Source: Hydrolagus colliei (lineage: Eukaryota). From it: a DNA stretch of 64,000 nucleotides. The stretch's first letter is position 1; every line of letters begins with the position of its first letter. This document shows, one piece after another, positions 1 through 11,003 of this stretch. The notes beneath the pieces are model-generated. The model had not been told where the DNA came from. It saw only the letters and a program-made list of their open reading frames with translations, and did not search any database. The translations under genes were made by a program, and so were the position numbers. The stretch is from assembly GCA_035084275.1 (NCBI GenBank), contig CM068757.1, forward strand, positions 6,510,001 to 6,574,000. Reading direction: 5' to 3'.

Positions 1-764
1 TTATTTATCCATGGTTTACCCAGACAGATGATTTAAGGAAGAACGTGAATGAACCAAGGAGAAGGGGGAGGAAAACTACATTTTCAAATGGGGATAAATG
101 TAGATACGTTTCAATAATCAATAGTTCCAAATCGCTCAAGTCAAATGTTTGGAATCAAACAAAATGATTAAACACCATTTGGTCTCCGTTTGCAGACGAG
201 GAGTAAAGGCTGAAGGAACGTTTTGCTCAGTACACAGAGTGTACCTCTGAGGCCTTGAGCATGCTGAATTCAGTGTATCAAATCAGATATACAATGCTGT
301 ATTTCATTAATATCTGTCCACTCACAAACCAGCTACACTCTTTCAACAATGGGCTGACATAATAGATCGAATTGACTTTAGGGAAATAAAGTGAAATTCG
401 GTCCCAGGTTAAGATTTTCTTTCCGTTTTAACACCACTGAGCTGTGTACAGATCATATAAATAAACATTTATTTGAAATCATTACACAACTTGATTGAGT
501 TCACGTCCTGTAGCAAGTAAGTAATTTTCTAGCAGTCCCAGTAGATTGAGGTTCTCTGTTGAAGTAAAAAGGAATCCGCTAGGCAGAGAACCAAGACAGC
601 CGCCAGCAGCTCAACAGCTATGAAAGAAGCCTGATTATAACCAGCAGCGACTGCATGAAAGCCTCACTCTTGATCGTAATGATGTGATCTCCACTCAGTT
701 TAAAAGCCCGTGTCATCATCCCGTCACGTTGCAGGCAACACAATCGGAGTCGGTCACACGTTTT

Positions 765-1295
765 CATACATTGCTCCACAGAAACTCTGACATTCTCCTC
801 TCCGCCACCGTTCACACAATCCAAGTTATCCAAAATTCTGCCGTCCGCATTCTCACCCGTACCAAACTTTGCTCCCCGATTACCCCAGTCCTTGCCAGAC
901 TTCACCGGCACCCTGTCTCAGAGCGGATCGATTTCAAGAGCCTCAATCGTTTTCAAATCCCTCCTTTCCTCTGCCACCCCTACCTCTCCGACCATCCTCT
1001 CTCTTCACAACAGCACCCGTTGCCTTTGCTCTGGTCTGGTCTCCTCCTTGTCCCCCGAATCCTCTGTTCCACCATCAGCAGCCATGCCTTGAGCCATTAC
1101 GCCCCGAGGCTCTGGAACTCCCTTCGCCTTGACCTCTCTTTTCCCATTTCCCATTTTCAAGGCTGAAGACCTATCTTTTCGACTGCGCTTTTGGTCACCT
1201 TCCCCCCACCCCACCCCCCCAACTCGGTCTCAGGATCCATTATTGTGAAGCACTCTAAGACGCCGTCTGGCGTGGAAGGCGCTACAGTTGTTGTT
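765..1295 (+). mobile_element. L2-clade LINE, 5'-truncated 3' end (degenerate ORF2 C-terminus plus 3' UTR)
   Basis: ORF 684..1166 contains IQNSAVRILTRTK..PITPVLARLH..PVSERIDFK and ALSHYAPRLWNSL, typical of the L2 ORF2 C-terminus. It ends in tgtgaagcactctaagacgccgtctggcgtggaaggcgcta followed by (gtt)n. Confidence 0.85.
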
Positions 1296-2004
1296 ACTTT
1301 TACATTTGCATCGGTTCAGCCCAAACGTAGAAAAGAGAAGGGTAGACATGATTTGCCATTTTTATTTTTTTGAGAGAGAAATCTATCTTTGCTGAAAGAA
1401 TACAGTGAGTGCCCAACGCTAGCACTCTTTTGTAAGGCGAAGGACTTGTTTAAATCGTTGCTTCATGTTCTCAAATGCTTTGGGTTGCGTTGCACGTTTT
1501 GCGCGTATCACAAAAGCAAACTCTCACACTACATACATGGTCACAAGCTCAAAGAAAGATACCAAATCCTACACAACGACTGAGGTGAGGAAAGAGAGAA
1601 TGTTTCAGTCATTGTTGAGGACTTGACCGGGAGCTTATCATAAACTACATTGGTAGCCCAGAGGCTAATATTGCAGTTCGTTTATTTATGCTACTCGACT
1701 TCTTTAACCATATTCAACATTAAACTTTATTCCTTACCTGTCAGATTATTTATGAAAACTGTGCTGGAAACTGGTTGCTTGTCTCTTCTTCCCCTTCATG
1801 TTCTACAAATGGAGTGAGGTGTAAAGCTGAACGAAAACTGAACTTACATTAATTGCTGGATTGACTGCAGCTGTGCTTCAACTGCTATTTGATTTAACTG
1901 CCAATTTTGCAGAGCCCACCCAGGTGTGCCTGTCTCCCCGGTAATTCAGTGACTCCTTACTATATTCATGGCCATCAAAAGGGGTTTTCGTAGCAATTCT
2001 GGTG

Positions 2005-2260
2005 TCAGCCAGGATCAGTTCTTGCCTCTACAGCAGAAGGTTATGGGTTTGAGTTCCATCCACATTGATGGTTGAAGGTCATCGCCATGGCTGACACTGC
2101 AAAGCAGGGCTGGAAGAGCAACTGGATTGTTTGAAGCGCTCTGAGATGCCCTCTGGCGTGGAGGGCGCTATATAACTCGAAGTCGTTGTTGTTGTTTGAG
2201 GTGAGGTACCTCCGAATGAGATTTCAAACTGATGTCCCATCTGCCTCTTTGGGTTAACGA
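2005..2260 (+). mobile_element. Old Deu-domain-type SINE fragment interrupted by a short L2-type tail (about 2131..2195)
   Basis: The head has ttgcctct..cagaaggttatgggtttgagttcc. The insert gaagcgctctgagatgccctctggcgtggagggcgctatata(gtt)n is flanked by ttgtttga on both sides. The host resumes with gaggt..gaatgagatttcaaactga. Confidence 0.55.
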
Positions 2261-4651
2261 TTCCATGGCATGCCTTTGAAAAGAGAAGGTATTCTGACCA
2301 AAAGTCCCCGGGAATTAATGACTGTTTGTTGGCATTGGTAAGAATGACACTGGTTGCCATATTCACCACAAATACAGTCACTACACTTCAGACACTGTAT
2401 GGTTTCAACACAATACGCTCTATCAAATACAAGGATGAATGTCATTATAATTCTTAGCACTAACCCTGTGCATTTGTTAAGCATTTCAAATGTTAAAGTT
2501 GCCTTGGGTTACATTATAGTTGAACATGCAGGTCAGCAACAAAACCTCAGAGGTTTAAAATTTAATGGAAAGTGGGAGTAAAAGGGTGGACAACTTGATT
2601 GAAGGGTGGGACTGTAGGTTGAGTCCTTCAATCTGATTGCTCCTTTGCAATTCCAATGTAAAACAGTACTACAAGTCTATTATTGGTATTCAATCACATC
2701 CTCTTGGTTAGGTGTCCAATTACATTTTACATTGCCAGGTGATAGGATACCACTTCACAAATGCAATCATTCATTTTATTTTGCATATTTCAAGGTAAGC
2801 AAAGTCAGTTTAAGGGGACAGAGTGCTTCTCGGTTCCACAGAGCCAAACATCATTGGTTCCCACTGACTTAAATTCCATTTCAAACAGGATTTTCACAGC
2901 CTGCCAGAAGGAGAGATTTTCTGGAATCGAATCAGTATCCCCAAGCTAACCGAATGGTTTGGATCAGAAGGATGCAAACTTGGAAATTAGAAATGTAAAA
3001 TGGAATGGCGAGAAGACAAAGGAGTGGAATTAAGGAGGTGAATGTTAATGTGTCCCTGTTTCTATAAACAATGGAAAGTAAATTTGAAAATATAAAAAGT
3101 TTACTTTGATAATGAATTGGTCTGATAACGTTGCACTGTACTTTTACAAGGACATAAAAACACATTACCACATGGGGCAGATTAGTATTTAACCCCAAAC
3201 CACAGATTTACTATGCTGAGCAAGCACACAGACAGAACACCACTCAATTTACCAATTCGTACTCTGCTCAATCTTTTCACCAGTATCTACTATACTGAAT
3301 GAAAGTGCTGAATGAAGCTCACACGCCCAAATTAAAAATTAATGGAATCTGGCAACCAAATTTCCAAATACAAATGAGGTACAATTGAATTAAGCAACAC
3401 CAAATGTGTGAGAGTGCAACAGGTCAGAGCTGAGGACAGGGCACTTGATACAAATGACCTGTCCTCAATTATAGCATCATGACAGGTTCATTACCATGAA
3501 TCAATTATACTGCTAACAGACAATATACTGAATGCACAATCGCAGGGTAAGAAGGGACAGAATAAGGAAAGAACAAGCGAGAGAAAACACCAGCAGCTGA
3601 CACCATACTTCAACACGCCCAGTCTCTTCGTACCTCCAAAATGACAATTATCAAGGTTTCAAATCTATTTTTAACACAAAGAAATGCATAGATATGGAAA
3701 ATGGCACTGTCTGTTTTTTTTTAAATGAATAGTCTGGGACAAAGCCCTGTTTCTGTGTGTTCCACTGCCTCAGCCTGTAGCTTTGTATTGTGATTTAATC
3801 TTTTGTAAAAACATGATGAACCATTAATAAACATACCTACGCAGGTGTCCTTGTTCTATTGAACGGGGGAGTGAAAGAGAATGGAGGTCCTTATTGTCCT
3901 GTGAGTGTCGTGAATTGAAAATAAGATACCCCCAGAGAATTGTTCAGAAGTACGGAAATATGCTCAAGTCTAAACCGCATCATTTTAAGCTCTGTACAAT
4001 TTTACAAATTCACGTGAAACAACTGTCAAACCCCTTTCTTGAAACGCAGCAACCGGGAAAAATACAGGAGCTGTTGAGTACATGTATTTCTTCCTTTATA
4101 ATATGCAGGTTATTATCCAGGAATGAGATGCTTTTGCGTGTTGCCAAATGCACTGTCTGCCTCCATGCATGTGCTGTTCAAAAATGGTTAAACTGCATCC
4201 TGGCAAAACAAAATGTTTTTTTTTTTAGGGGTGCAATCTTGCGTTCAGAAATGAGGTACCTCTGGTGCTTTTACACAAACCGAAGTTTGGAAAATCCTAA
4301 CAAATTAATAGTCAGTGAGACAGCAATAGTGCTTTAGGAGCTGGGTTCGTCCACCCATTTGGTGCTTTTCGCTTCAGGCTACAATTATTACTGCTGCTGC
4401 CATGGAGATTTGTCGCATCACCATGACTGCCTTCCTCTCTTTAATCTCTGATGTCAAGGCCCATCAGCGAACCCTCGCAATGCTCCGGAGGGGATTCTGT
4501 TCTGAAATCAGCTTGATAATGATGTGCGCTACTAAAAAGGTACCGAGTGCTGTGAAATACCAGAGGAGCTGTGCAACTCAACACACTGAACTCACCTTCA
4601 CACACCATCCACACAACCACTGAGTCTGCAATGGACCATTCTGCCCCTCCA

Positions 4652-4689
4652 CGCCCCCCCCCCCCACACACACACACACACACTTACAC
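4652..4689. repeat. Poly-C run followed by a (CA)n microsatellite
   Basis: cgcccccccccccccacacacacacacacacac read directly from the sequence. Confidence 0.9.
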
Positions 4690-5544
4690 ATCCAGCATGC
4701 ACCAATCAGCTCTGCAAATACATCAACATTGATATTGTACAATTGATTAACTTCTGAAGCAATAAGAGATGTGTTACAGATGTGCATTTCTGGTGTGGTG
4801 GTTTACCTAATCTCAGTGAAAAGACACAATGCTCACTTTTGCTGACCTTTGTTGGTGCAGTGTAATCTGCCACTAAATCAGCTGCTGTACGAAAAGAACT
4901 ACTTCCCCAGTATGATTTTACACACTCCTATATCAATGATGCATGAAGATGTGTTGTTTTTGGCTGTCAGAATGTATCTGTTTACCTTTGACAACCACAT
5001 TATAGTTTCACCTGCATTAGGTGTTATTACTGTATATTGGGTACATGCTGTTTCATTTAGTGGGTTTGTTTTCCTACCTGTCTCTCTAAACCAAATGTAT
5101 AAACATGCAGTGGCGCGGTATTATCTTGATTGAGTGCAAGGCTGGTCAAAGACATGTCCACAAACAGGCCCTTCTTACCCTCCCTCTCAATGATCCTTTT
5201 TGAAAATGTGCACATTGGATGGGTTTCAATCTCATTATCAAGATACAGTGAAAGAATAGGAATAGGACACCCTAAGCGTGATGCTGGTCTCAGCAGTGGA
5301 TCACTTTTATTCATCTGAAAGCAGAATAATGTTAAAGATAATAGCTGCCAAATAGCTATATTCCTGCTGACAGTCTAACTCTATCCTGCTACTAAAATGT
5401 GATTGCAACTGGTAAGCTGTGAAATGATGGTTACTTTCTGCAGAGACAAAACTTTCAAAACTATGAATTCAATTACTGGTACGCTTTTGCTGGCCACAAA
5501 GCAGAGACACGTTTCTACACTCTGGATCATAAATACTGGGAGCT

Positions 5545-5865
5545 GCAGTCCTGAAGCTCAGTGGTTAAGAGCACTCGCTTTACAAGCGTGAGACCTGTAT
5601 TCGAATCCAGGCAAGTCAGGGCGAAACCTTGGGCAAGTTTCCTTAGTTCACACGTCTAATGATAATCCCTTCAAAAAAGCAACACAATAATAAAATTGGT
5701 CATTTCAATCCACGTCTGTATGTGGGATGCTGCTGTGTGCAATTGGCTGCCACGTCTCGCCCACAAATATACAGTCAATTCACTTTACAGTACATTCTGT
5801 GAAGCGCTTTAAGACATCTAGAAGACATGAAAAGCCCTATATCAAATGCAAGAATTATTATTATT
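5545..5865 (+). mobile_element. Near full-length tRNA-derived SINE (about 320 bp; chimaera SINE2-type family)
   Basis: A-box-like gaagctcagtgg, B-box-like attcgaatcc, then accttgggcaagtttcc and ctgtgtgcaattggctgcc. The tail cagtcaattcactttacagtacattctgtgaagcgcttt...atatcaaatgcaag(att)n is shared with many copies in the window. Confidence 0.9.
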
Positions 5866-6199
5866 GTTACAGATGTGTGCTGATCGGAACTAGCTTCCAG
5901 AATAGCATGAGTCAATACAAACCCAACCACATAGCCTAAGGATTGAAGACAGGTATCAGCTAAACAAGCAAAATCAAAGGGTAAGTGAAACAAATAGTTA
6001 GAAACAGAACTTAAACTTGAAAGAATGTGCCATATCCCAAGGTTTAGCTGCCACAAACAAGCAAAAGCCTTTTGATCAGTAAAAGTGTTTGAACATGGAC
6101 GTGTTTTACGAAACACAAGCCATAAACTAAGGGACGTCCTTCTCTTAAAAAGTTCAAGACATTGAACCTGAACTTCACAAGCAATTATCAGCAAGTGAA

Positions 6200-6465
6200 A
6201 TCACTGTTTTGTAGGCAACATGGTGGGCGTGAATGAGCAATTGTTCTGGAGGATTGTTGATCCTCCAGGAGTGTTGTTGTTGAAGTCTTTAGGAAATGTA
6301 GGAAATGTAAATAGTGTTCACCATCCGGCAATTGGCTTGCATGTAAACATCTTGATCCTCAAATTGAAATTGCATACATTGGTTGAATGGTACTCAGTGC
6401 ATGTAATGTTCTGAAAAAGGATTGACTTGGTCAAACGAGAGGCATATGGTGAACATTGCAATTAA
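6200..6465 (-). mobile_element. Possible highly degraded Penelope-like retroelement fragment
   Basis: Minus-strand reads such as LTKSILF loosely resemble the K/RSIPYSQ region of Penelope reverse transcriptase. No intact ORF; weak call. Confidence 0.25.
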
Positions 6466-6944
6466 TTGGAATTCCTGCTCAGTGGAAGCCAGCAGCCGAG
6501 TTCTAATCACCACACAGCAAGTGATGGAACTCCTTCATTTGCAGCAACAAATTACAAGCATGTGATTCAATTTATTGGTGCAAAATTAGAACTGGGCACA
6601 AAACCCATAATCCATTAACATGACTATGTTTATTTGTTGCACTTTGGGGTAAATACATACACTGCTTAGAATTGGTGTCTTGAGTTCAGAAAAGTACAAT
6701 TAACAACAACTTTGCATTCATATAACGCCCTTCATGCCGGATAGTGCGTCCGAAATTCGAAACAGCATAGATACTAGACATCAGATATATTTTAAATTGG
6801 AGCATTTTGGTTTCATTTCTATTGTGTTTGTTCACGATATTTGCAACATGTTCACCTTATATTTGCCTGATAATTTAGTCATGTGTCTCAAGGCTGATTG
6901 TGAAACTTTGCTGGAGCAAATAACAATCACGGTTGCTTCCAAAA

Positions 6945-7022
6945 GCAGTCACTGCACTTGATAATCATTACATGTGAAGCATTTCGAGATGTTTAAATGT
7001 GATAAGGTGCTGTAAAAATGAA
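6945..7022 (+). mobile_element. Deu-type SINE 3' tail fragment
   Basis: cagtcactgcacttga..tgtgaagcatttcgagatg..gtgataaggtgctgtaaaaatg. Confidence 0.65.
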
Positions 7023-7289
7023 AAAAAATTCTTAAAGGAAGATATTCAAACCATAATATCTTTTACTCTGCGTCCCCTCTGTGAATCGAGTACTGTACAC
7101 TTGGTCATCTCTCTGGAGATTATCAGCAGTTTTCTGCAAATTCAGATAAAAGTTTAACGTGATCGTTTTCAATAAATCCCAAAGGATTTTTGTACCTGGT
7201 TCATAGGTATTTACGGAACAAAAAAGCAAGTAACAAACAATTGGACATTAGTAGCATGATTATCAATCTGTGTGCTCAAATTACTACCT

Positions 7290-7560
7290 TAATAATTGCA
7301 TTTGATATAGCTCCTTATCACGCTATCGAGATGACTCAAAGCGATTCACGGGAATTACTGTGAAGGGGACTGACTGTGAATTTTGTGGAAGAAATACCAC
7401 AGCTAATTACACACAGCAACGCCCCAGAAACAGCCATGGAGTGAGTGATTGTTGGGAGAAACTCCCATCTCTTTTCGAATGGTGGGATCTCTAAAGCCCA
7501 GCTGAACAGGCAGACAAGACCACGGTTTCACATCTGTTCCGAAGGACAGACCTTGCTCTC
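7290..7560 (-). mobile_element. Deu-domain SINE (SacSINE1/AmnSINE1-like), partial
   Basis: Reverse tail ttgcatttgatatagctccttatcacg, then ggagaaactccc..tggtgggatct..ctgaacaggcagacaagaccacggtttcacatct, resembling the Deu-domain body. Confidence 0.7.
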
Positions 7561-10555
7561 GGTTGTAGGGTTCCTCGATTTTGTGCTAGTAAGAGAGAGC
7601 ACAGAGGAAAGACCCACGTATCACAATTATACCACGGGTGCAGTCACGCCTCTAAAATCTATTGGCATCTTCAGCGTGATTTATCCCGTCGTATTGCAGC
7701 GCTTGGCAAACACAGAATTAAGGTTTGCCAAATGCTTTTTAATAAAGACAGCGCTGCTCCTTAGCCTGCAAATAGAGCTCTCCATAGCCAACATTTTACA
7801 GTAATAGTACCTCTTGTCACTCAGCCTTGGAACGTATCAAAATGAGGAATTGCGGTAACTTGCCCTTGCATTATTGCCAGCCTGGCGTGCACATTGTGAT
7901 GAAACTGTCTAACAAATCAATGTGTTAAATGAATATCATGATGGAAAAGTGCTGGCTGTAGTTCTAATGGCAAAGTAATCACTGTGATGGGTAACAATTC
8001 ACCTACAAAAAGACTTGTTGCACTGGAATGGTTTCCTCCAGAACATTTGTGAAAATTACTGAAATAAAAGGGTGCTGGAATTTCAAGAGTTTGATTAATG
8101 TCATATAAAATAAACTCTAGGGCTTGAAGCCATATTCAAGAGCGGCACTGTTAAACATACATGAAAGTCACACTTTGTGTGACATGAATGGATTTGGTGA
8201 TGTCAGGAGCTATTGGGTGGAGGTTTCGCTATTCAAAGCTATTCAAAGCCAACAGAAGGTTGCTTTTTGTTTATTACGTCTAAAAATACTCTTAAATAGG
8301 GCTGTATTTTTTCACTGTATTGATTACCAAGGGCCTATTTCAACCATGGCACACTTGTGATGTTGCCGAGAAACGTGGCATCCTGCAAAAGTCTGCATGT
8401 AGCGTTTGTGTTTCCATACGTCTCCAAAGACCTTTGAAAAAACAACACACACTCCAGTCCAGTCAAGCTTCAGCAATTTTTAATACGTTGACATGTCGGC
8501 TAACCCAACAACAGAAAATTGCTGTGGGGATTCCTGAAATGTGGCGACCGCGATATTTCTTTTTTTTAATAAAAAAAATTCCAAAGGCTTTTATTTAGTA
8601 AACTTTCTTGCTGTCAGCAAAGAATATGTCACACATCGGTGACACATGAATGGATTTAGGCGACATCCTTCTAAACGGTCACAGTAAAGTTCGATTAGTT
8701 TATGAATGTTATCAGATTCCCAGGCTGGATTTAGTTTTTCAAGCACATCCGACCCTTCTCTTTTCCCCCACTCTTCCCCTTTTGCATTGTTCTCACGACT
8801 GCTTTTTTTGTTAATCAGCAGCGCCAAATCAGACAAAGCACTGACATTTCAATATGATCTTTTGAAAAAAATGATAACCTTTTAAATAAAAGTGAAATAA
8901 TATTGAATTATGGATATATTTACCATTTTGTCCCTTTCTAATTTTGAATCCTCTCGCAGGGGCAGATGAGATTTCAGCTGACACTTCAGCACAGAGAATT
9001 TAATACTCAATCTAATCGGGATTTGGACTAATCTGCTTTCCCCACCAGAACAGCCTATCAGATCCAGGATTAATTCTGTCCTTCGTCAGCTGCTGCTTCA
9101 CGTAATCCAAACACAGCACCAAGCTGTCCCGTCATCATTCACTGTAGCGGAGCATGTTGGTGGCATCTACTACAGCACCACCCAAACCATCACTCAGTTC
9201 ATTGAACAATAAGATGAAGCTGCACAAAGCAGGAACTGCCTGAGAGGTGCTGACTGCCAATGGTTTACTGAAGACTGCAAATGCTCTCTTTATGATTGGA
9301 TTAAGCCCCCTGCTACCTCTTACCCCTCGTGGAACACTGGAGTTTCTTGCCAGGTTTGTGGCTGTGAAAACCCCACGAGAGAACTGCTAAACAGACCCCT
9401 CTCGTCCTGCACTGAGGCCGACCCAAGGTGAAGTAATGAGCTGACTTCACTGTAACACGAGAGATTGATGTGGAGCACCAGAATTTCAATATGAGTCCTG
9501 GGATCATAACACGTCTAAACATGGGGAAATTTACTCATTAATCAGCACAAGCTGATTCCATGCATTGAAATGTGATCCCCTACAAACTGTGCCTGCCAGC
9601 CACTGCCTCCTCCATGCACCGGGTACCTTAGTTGCCTTAGAAATGTGGCGCACTGATCTGATTTTGCAGCAAATGTGCAGTTAATGCAACACGATAGCGG
9701 CAGAAGAGTCCGTGGGACCGTCCTGATTTAACAAGTTGTAACAAAAGCATAGGACGGGCCCCTGCGTGGAATGTAAGGGAGCTGAGTAAAATGGACCACG
9801 GATGATAAACTCTCTCCACCCCAGTGTTTGGGCATGTCTGAGACATGCGGAAACCCATCACTGTGACTAAGAGTTATCCAAACCAAATATTGGCCCAAGC
9901 ATCCCACTGACACATGGAGATTCCACAGATGGATTGTTGGAATGGGATACGCACTCTCCTTCTGCTTACCTAATTCCGGAATTTATTAGGTGCAGGTCGG
10001 CAACAGCCAAGGCTTGGGGACCCCAGAGTTGAGTACTGCTGGAGTCTATTCAGCTAAAACCACATAGCTTGCCATACAGTCAACCATAGAGTAATCAGTG
10101 ACCAGAAGATTTTAAATTAATCATCTTCAGCGTGTCCTTTCCCTCCCTCCTTGTCACTAAATATGTTAAAATTTCCACATTGAGGAGAATTTTTACTGAC
10201 AGGTTGTAATTAGATAATTTCTTACAAATTCCCCTTCAATTTCTTTTTTTAAAAATAGGTACGCACATCAAAATGTATTTGACAAAAACAATGCCCTGTC
10301 TCCAAGGCGAACTGGCAACTATAATTACTGTGATGCTCTCATCCTTTCTGGCCTAGCTGCTATTTATTGCTTGATTTCTCTACCCTTCATTAGACAGAAC
10401 CACCTTCAACAGCAGTCACAATTCCTGGAGAAAATCTCCCTCCTCCCACCCAGACCATGACAGATGCCTGATATTAAACACATGAACAATGACAAGAGGA
10501 TTGATGAACAGCGGCACTGACCACTCCCTCCTGCACAGCCACAGCCAGTCTGAAA

Positions 10556-10883
10556 TGATACCGGAGTAACTTTATTCAAGTGACAAGCAGTATATCTATT
10601 CGCGTTCATTTCCTCTCGCTTTGTACGCCATTGCTTCCCCGCCGGCAGCACCAAACTCAGAGCAACCAAACTACTCGTGGGGCCATTGCCAACACCCCTC
10701 GTAACCAGCTGTTGGACCCTCTGCACGACTCACTGGCTTCTCTCTCTCTCTCTCCCCCACTCTCTCTCTGGGGTCGGCACGTGGCCAGGGAATCCCTTTC
10801 GGTGGACGGAATCCAGTACTGCACAAAACTGCCAGGCGAAAATACACAACCTCACTGGCTCGCGAGGGAGAGGGAGTACGACA
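10556..10883 (-). mobile_element. Candidate solo LTR (about 330 bp, CpG-rich)
   Basis: Minus strand starts TGTCGTAC and ends GGTATCA, with AATAAA about 15 nt before the end (plus tttatt 10571-10576). It is much richer in CpG than its flanks. No clear TSD. Confidence 0.4.
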
Positions 10884-10927
10884 CAGAGAAAAACATTGTA
10901 TTTGTATAGATATGTTGTCTAGATACA

Positions 10928-11003
10928 CTTCACAGTATATTTGGTGAAACGCTTTGAGACGTGATAAGGCGCTGTATCAAATGCAAGGATTCTAATTATT
11001 ATT
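10928..11003 (+). mobile_element. SINE 3' tail
   Basis: cttcacagtatatttggtgaaacgctttgagacgtgataaggcgctgtatcaaatgcaaggatt. Confidence 0.8.

Noticed and set aside
684-1166. 160-aa ORF as a host gene
   Set aside because: It is a degenerate L2 ORF2 C-terminus.
3894-4337. 147-aa ORF and most other ORFs in the track
   Set aside because: No recognisable domains or splice context, many non-ATG starts, and a composition consistent with random AT-rich intron.
5545-5615. tRNA gene (also about 53845..53918 on the minus strand)
   Set aside because: A/B boxes are present, but I see no proper acceptor stem and the sequence runs directly into SINE body. These are SINE heads.
9113-9129. REST/NRSE site (also TTCAGCACC at about 61748)
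   Set aside because: Only half-sites or a non-canonical orientation; I found no full TTCAGCACCnnGGACAG.
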